Of a stretch of DNA of 64,000 nucleotides, positions 60,160-64,000 are shown piece after piece. Source of the DNA: Polyangiales bacterium (GTDB taxonomy: Bacteria > Myxococcota_A > Polyangia > Polyangiales > Ga0077539). The DNA lies in the NCBI GenBank assembly GCA_044229975.1, contig JBGARZ010000002.1, positions 128,001 to 192,000 on the forward strand, in the 5' to 3' direction. Below the pieces are notes generated by a model. That model saw only the letters and a list, made by a program, of their open reading frames with translations. It had not been told where the DNA came from and did no database searches. Numbering within the stretch: the stretch's first letter is position 1; each line of letters begins with the position of its first letter. Made by a program: the position numbers and the translations under genes.

Positions 60160-62256
60160 TTGCGTAGCGTCGGCGGCGTGGTGGCTGATCCGAACGACCC
60201 AGGAGACCTGTCTGCGGGCGCCGAGCTGCCCGGCGCGTACACCATCGAGCTGCCGCTGCTCCAAGGCCGCACGCGGGTGATCTACAGCGCCCGCTCGCAG
60301 GACGGCACCCGCGTGGCGGTGCACCTCCTCGACCCGGGTCTCGACGAAGGTCTCGGCGAGTGGTTTCTCCAGGGAGCCCGCGGTCGCGAAGAGGTGGAGA
60401 TCCAGGGGCTCCCGCGCACCATGGAGTCCGGTCGACTCGACGACGGTCGACCCTTCGAGGTCACCGAACTCCTCGAAGGCACCTCCATGCGCGAGGCGCT
60501 CGACACCTCGCCCGAGGGCCTCGACCCGCTCGCCGTCGTGCACGTCATCAACGAGGTCGCCGCGGTGCTCGACGCGCTCCACCAGCGCAAGCCGCCGATC
60601 ATCCACCGCACCGTCTGCCCCGAGCACATGGTGGTCCTGCGCGACACCCACGAGGTGCGCCTGCTGGGGCTCTTCTACGCCGACCGGCCGCAGTTCGAGA
60701 GCGTGCGCCCCGGCTACCGCTCGCCCGAAGAGCTCGCGGGCGTCACCTCGCTCGGGCCGCGCGCGGACGTGTTCAGCCTCGCGACCGTTGCCTACGAGCT
60801 CCTCACCGGGCGCATGGCCTGGCAGCACGTCCCAGAGCTCGCGCTCGACAACATGCGGGTGGGCGTTCGCGACCGGGTGAGCGTGCTCAAGCCGACGCTT
60901 CCGACGGCGCTCGACGCCGTCTTCGAGCGGGCCTGGTCGCTCTCGCCCGACGCGCGACACTCCTCCGCGGGGAGCTTCGCGCGCGCGCTCCGTAAGGCCA
61001 TCGACCCGCTCGACCTCGCGACCGCCATGGCCTCCAACGTCTTCGACGATCGGCCCACCGCGCAGGTCCCGGAGCTGTCCTCGCGCCCGCGCCACAACAC
61101 CCTGCTCAACGCGGGCGCGGTCGCCCAGGCGATCGTTCCGCGGGCGATGCTGGGCGTGCCGCGTGCGTCGAGCGACGAGGGCGTGTCCTCTCGGCCGCCG
61201 CCCCCGCGCAAGCTGCGCGCGCCCGCCCCCACGGGCATCCGACCGACGCGCGAAAACGAGCCCGAGACCACGCCGAAGATCGCGGTGCCGCGACCCGAGG
61301 ACATCCTCGGGCCGGCCGAAACGCCCGACGAGGACGAGCCCAGGAAGACCCCCGACGCGGCCGCCCTCATGACGGCCGAGACGCCCGCGGGCACGGCGCT
61401 GCTCACGCCGGAGGTGACCGCACCCAACGATGTCGCGGCGCTGGTCGAGACCCCCACCAACGACACGGACTTCGACCGCGCCCTGCCCACGCCGACGGCT
61501 CTCTCGTCCGTCGCGCCTCCCTCGATGGAGGCCGAGACACCCGCGGCGACGGCGCAGCCGCCCGACGAGCCCACGCCGCTCGCGACGAGCGTGGCCGCCC
61601 CGGAGCCCGAGGCCGCGTCGGCCCTCGACACCGTCGTCGAACGCCCAGAGACGCCTCCCGCGCAGCCCTCGTATCGACAGAACTTCCACGACCTCCCGCC
61701 GCTCGACGAACCCACGCCGCTGCCCAACGCGCCGTCGTCGTTTCTGCCGGTGCCGTTCGCGCCGGTGGTGCCCGCGGCCCCTCCCTACGCTGCTCCGACT
61801 CCGCCGCCCGCCGAGGTCGTCGCGCCTCCTCCCCAAGTCGTTGCGCCTCCTCCCCAGGTCGTCGCGCCGGTCGCACCCGCCGAGCCTCCGATCGAGCCGC
61901 GGCCCCAGGCGTACGACCAGCGGATGCTCGCCGCGGAGCCCACGGTGGTCATCAACACTCCGCGGCCCGAGGCCGTCCCGTGGGTGCGTTCGCCCGTCGC
62001 GCTCGCGGGGCTCTTCATCGCCCATGCGCTGCTCGTCGTCGGCATCGCCCACGCGATCGCCTACGCCATGGTTCATCGGCAATCGCCGACGATCGTCACC
62101 GTCCCGGTGCCGCCGCCGGTGTGCGCTCCGTGTGCGGCCTGCGCGGTGTCGGCCGTTGCTACTCCAGCGCCACCGGTGGCTCCCCCCGTACGGGTGGCGC
62201 CTCCTGCCCGTCCGGCAGCGCGGCCTCAGATCATTCGGCGGCCGCCGCAGTTCTGA
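60160..62256 (+). CDS. Ser/Thr pseudokinase with Pro-rich linker and TM helix
   Basis: Kinase fold remnants VAVHLL, IIHRTVCPEH, GYRSPEE, ADVFSLA; catalytic K, D and DFG replaced. Confidence 0.8.
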   Translation: MRSVGGVVADPNDPGDLSAGAELPGAYTIELPLLQGRTRVIYSARSQDGTRVAVHLLDPGLDEGLGEWFLQGARGREEVEIQGLPRTMESGRLDDGRPFEVTELLEGTSMREALDTSPEGLDPLAVVHVINEVAAVLDALHQRKPPIIHRTVCPEHMVVLRDTHEVRLLGLFYADRPQFESVRPGYRSPEELAGVTSLGPRADVFSLATVAYELLTGRMAWQHVPELALDNMRVGVRDRVSVLKPTLPTALDAVFERAWSLSPDARHSSAGSFARALRKAIDPLDLATAMASNVFDDRPTAQVPELSSRPRHNTLLNAGAVAQAIVPRAMLGVPRASSDEGVSSRPPPPRKLRAPAPTGIRPTRENEPETTPKIAVPRPEDILGPAETPDEDEPRKTPDAAALMTAETPAGTALLTPEVTAPNDVAALVETPTNDTDFDRALPTPTALSSVAPPSMEAETPAATAQPPDEPTPLATSVAAPEPEAASALDTVVERPETPPAQPSYRQNFHDLPPLDEPTPLPNAPSSFLPVPFAPVVPAAPPYAAPTPPPAEVVAPPPQVVAPPPQVVAPVAPAEPPIEPRPQAYDQRMLAAEPTVVINTPRPEAVPWVRSPVALAGLFIAHALLVVGIAHAIAYAMVHRQSPTIVTVPVPPPVCAPCAACAVSAVATPAPPVAPPVRVAPPARPAARPQIIRRPPQF
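61816..61868 (+). repeat. 21-bp coding tandem repeat (VVAPPPQ, about 2.5 copies)
   Basis: gtcgtcgcgcctcctccccaa / gtcgttgcgcctcctccccag / gtcgtcgcgcc. Confidence 0.8.
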
Positions 62257-63655
62257 CCGGCGCGGCGGCGGGCGGAAGCACGTCGAGCACGATGCGGTTG
62301 GCGGGCAGCAGGTACTGCGCGGCCACGCGGCGCACGTCTGCCAGGGTCACGGCCTCGTAGCGGGCGAGCTCACCGTTCACGACCGACGCGTCACCATCGT
62401 AGAGCTCGGACATCCCGAGAAACTCCGCGCGCTCCAGTGGTCGTTGGAGTCCGAAGACGAAGGCCGCGCGGATGTTGTTGCGGGCCTTCTCCAGCTCGCG
62501 CGCGGTGATGCCGCGGGCGACCACGTCGCGCACGATGACGTCGAAGGCGCGGCGCACCTCGGCGGGCGTGTGCCCCTGCGAGCAGATGGCCCACACCGCG
62601 AACAGATCGGGCCCGCGTCGGTCTTCGGTGTCGACGGAGATCTCGGACAGGAGCTCCCGGTCATGGACGAGCGTTCGGTAGAAGCGCGAGGACTGGCCAC
62701 CGCCCAGGACGGTCGCGAGCACTTCGAGCGCGTAGTGGTCGGGCGTGCGCCGCGGCGGGATGTGCCACGCGACGTGGAAGCCGGGCACCTCGGCGTGCGG
62801 GTCGGTCATGGACTCGGTCCGCTCGCCCGGACGTGGTTGGAAGCCAGGGTCCTGCCAGGGCTCTCCGCGGCGCGTGTGGATGTCGCCGAAGTGCCGCTGC
62901 ACCAGCGCGAGCGCCTCGGCCGGCTCGAAGTCCCCGGCGATGGCGATGACCGCGTTGTCGGGGGCGTAGAAGCGCGTATGGAAGGCGCGCACGCGGGCGA
63001 TCTGTTCGGCGGGCGCGACGCCGGGCATCTCCAGGTCGCGGACGTCGCCGATGGTGCTGTGCGAGTAGGGGAAATAGCCGTCGTAGAAGAGCTCGTCGCG
63101 CCGCAAGAACGACAGCATGTACGGGCGGTTTTCGTAGGACTGGCGACGCTCCTCCATCACCGTGAGGCGCTGGTTTTCGAAGGCCTCGGAGGTGATGGCG
63201 AGCGCGCGCATGCGGTCGGCTTCGAGCCACAACCCGAGCTCGAGCGCGTGCGCCGGGAGCTGCTCGAAGTAGTTGGTGCGGTCTTCGGACGTGGTGGCGT
63301 TGGAGTCGGCACCGACACGGGACAGGAGCCGGTCGAACTCTCCCTTGGGCAGTCCTTCGGTACCCTCGAACATCAGGTGCTCGAAGAGGTGCGCGAAGCC
63401 CGTCTGCCCCTGTGGCTCCACCCGCGCGCCGACGTCGTAGTAGAGCGCGATCGCCACGGTGGGCACCGAGTGGTCGGGCGACAGCACCACCCGCAAGCCG
63501 TTGTCGAGGCGCTCGCGCTGCACCGGGATCTGCAACGCCGCCGGCGCGGCGGGCGTCGGAGTCGTCGCGGGCGCCTGCTGGGACACCGCTGCCCCCGTGA
63601 GCAACGAACACACCGCGAACACCACAGCCCCCAGCCGACGCGCCGAACGATTCAT
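62231..63655 (-). CDS. M16 family (pitrilysin-like) zinc peptidase, exported
   Basis: LDNGLRV, GFAHLFEHLMFEG (HxxEH), NATTSEDRTNY, FYAPDNA. Confidence 0.92.
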   Translation of the reverse strand: MNRSARRLGAVVFAVCSLLTGAAVSQQAPATTPTPAAPAALQIPVQRERLDNGLRVVLSPDHSVPTVAIALYYDVGARVEPQGQTGFAHLFEHLMFEGTEGLPKGEFDRLLSRVGADSNATTSEDRTNYFEQLPAHALELGLWLEADRMRALAITSEAFENQRLTVMEERRQSYENRPYMLSFLRRDELFYDGYFPYSHSTIGDVRDLEMPGVAPAEQIARVRAFHTRFYAPDNAVIAIAGDFEPAEALALVQRHFGDIHTRRGEPWQDPGFQPRPGERTESMTDPHAEVPGFHVAWHIPPRRTPDHYALEVLATVLGGGQSSRFYRTLVHDRELLSEISVDTEDRRGPDLFAVWAICSQGHTPAEVRRAFDVIVRDVVARGITARELEKARNNIRAAFVFGLQRPLERAEFLGMSELYDGDASVVNGELARYEAVTLADVRRVAAQYLLPANRIVLDVLPPAAAPVRTAAAAE

Positions 63656-63732
63656 CGCGCGCGAAGGTACGGCAGCCTCGGCCCGCCGCCAACGCCTCCG
63701 CAGCGGCGAGCGAGCGTGGTAGTCCAGCCGAG

Positions 63733-64000
63733 GTGAAGCCCTCGCGCCGCCTTGCCCTCCTGCCGGTCGCCCTCATCACGGCGTGCGTCTCGCCAGGGCC
63801 TTCGCAGCCCGCGCGCGCTCACGACGCAGCGCCGCCCGCCCGCGCCGCCGAGAGGCCGACCCTGCCGCAGATGGTGCCCGATGACCCTGCCGCCCATGCC
63901 TGTTTCCCCGCGGACTTCGCGACCACCCGGGCCCGTGTTCGCGGCGACTACCTGGAGCTTTGCGGGCTCACCCGCGGTCGTCCCCGCTGCTACTCCGTCG
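63733..64000 (+). CDS. Putative lipoprotein, truncated by window end
   Basis: GTG start, MKPSRRLALLPVALITAC lipobox, frame open to the end of the window. Confidence 0.6.
   Translation, partial: MKPSRRLALLPVALITACVSPGPSQPARAHDAAPPARAAERPTLPQMVPDDPAAHACFPADFATTRARVRGDYLELCGLTRGRPRCYSV

Noticed and set aside
61816..61868. Short direct repeats as a CRISPR or regulatory array
   Set aside because: In-frame 21-bp tandem units with no spacers, encoding a Pro-rich linker

Overview
High-GC chromosomal segment whose gene content (Ser/Thr kinases, TPR, J-domain/TPR, Cys-rich lipoproteins, TamA/TamB) suggests Myxococcota, possibly Polyangia-like. This assignment is inferred. It holds about 57 densely packed CDS. 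Most are housekeeping or envelope genes: Rieske protein, tamA/tamB, the mnmA-rlmD-tilS-like-ftsH-folP-cdaA-cdaR-glmM cluster, folK, a cysK/E1/sulfur-carrier/cysM/JAB sulfur cluster, an amino-acid ABC transporter, ansA, carAB, a double-domain PilT, sbcDC, fabH, 2-oxoacid dehydrogenase E1 alpha/beta and an M16 peptidase. I saw no tRNA, rRNA, CRISPR array, integrase or transposase. Four things stand out. (1) A compact, integrase-less lambda-Red-like cassette at 52.3-56.0 kb, next to sbcDC: XRE repressor, operator-like palindromes, acidic small protein, Bet/RecT-like annealase and Cas4/Exo5-like Fe-S nuclease. (2) An apparently split, heterodimer-type E1 (ThiF/MoeB) in a ubiquitin-like sulfur-carrier operon. 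(3) A full-length TilS homolog in which every catalytic motif is degenerate. (4) A highly divergent sigma70-like protein. All family assignments come from recognising motifs by eye; no database searches were run.
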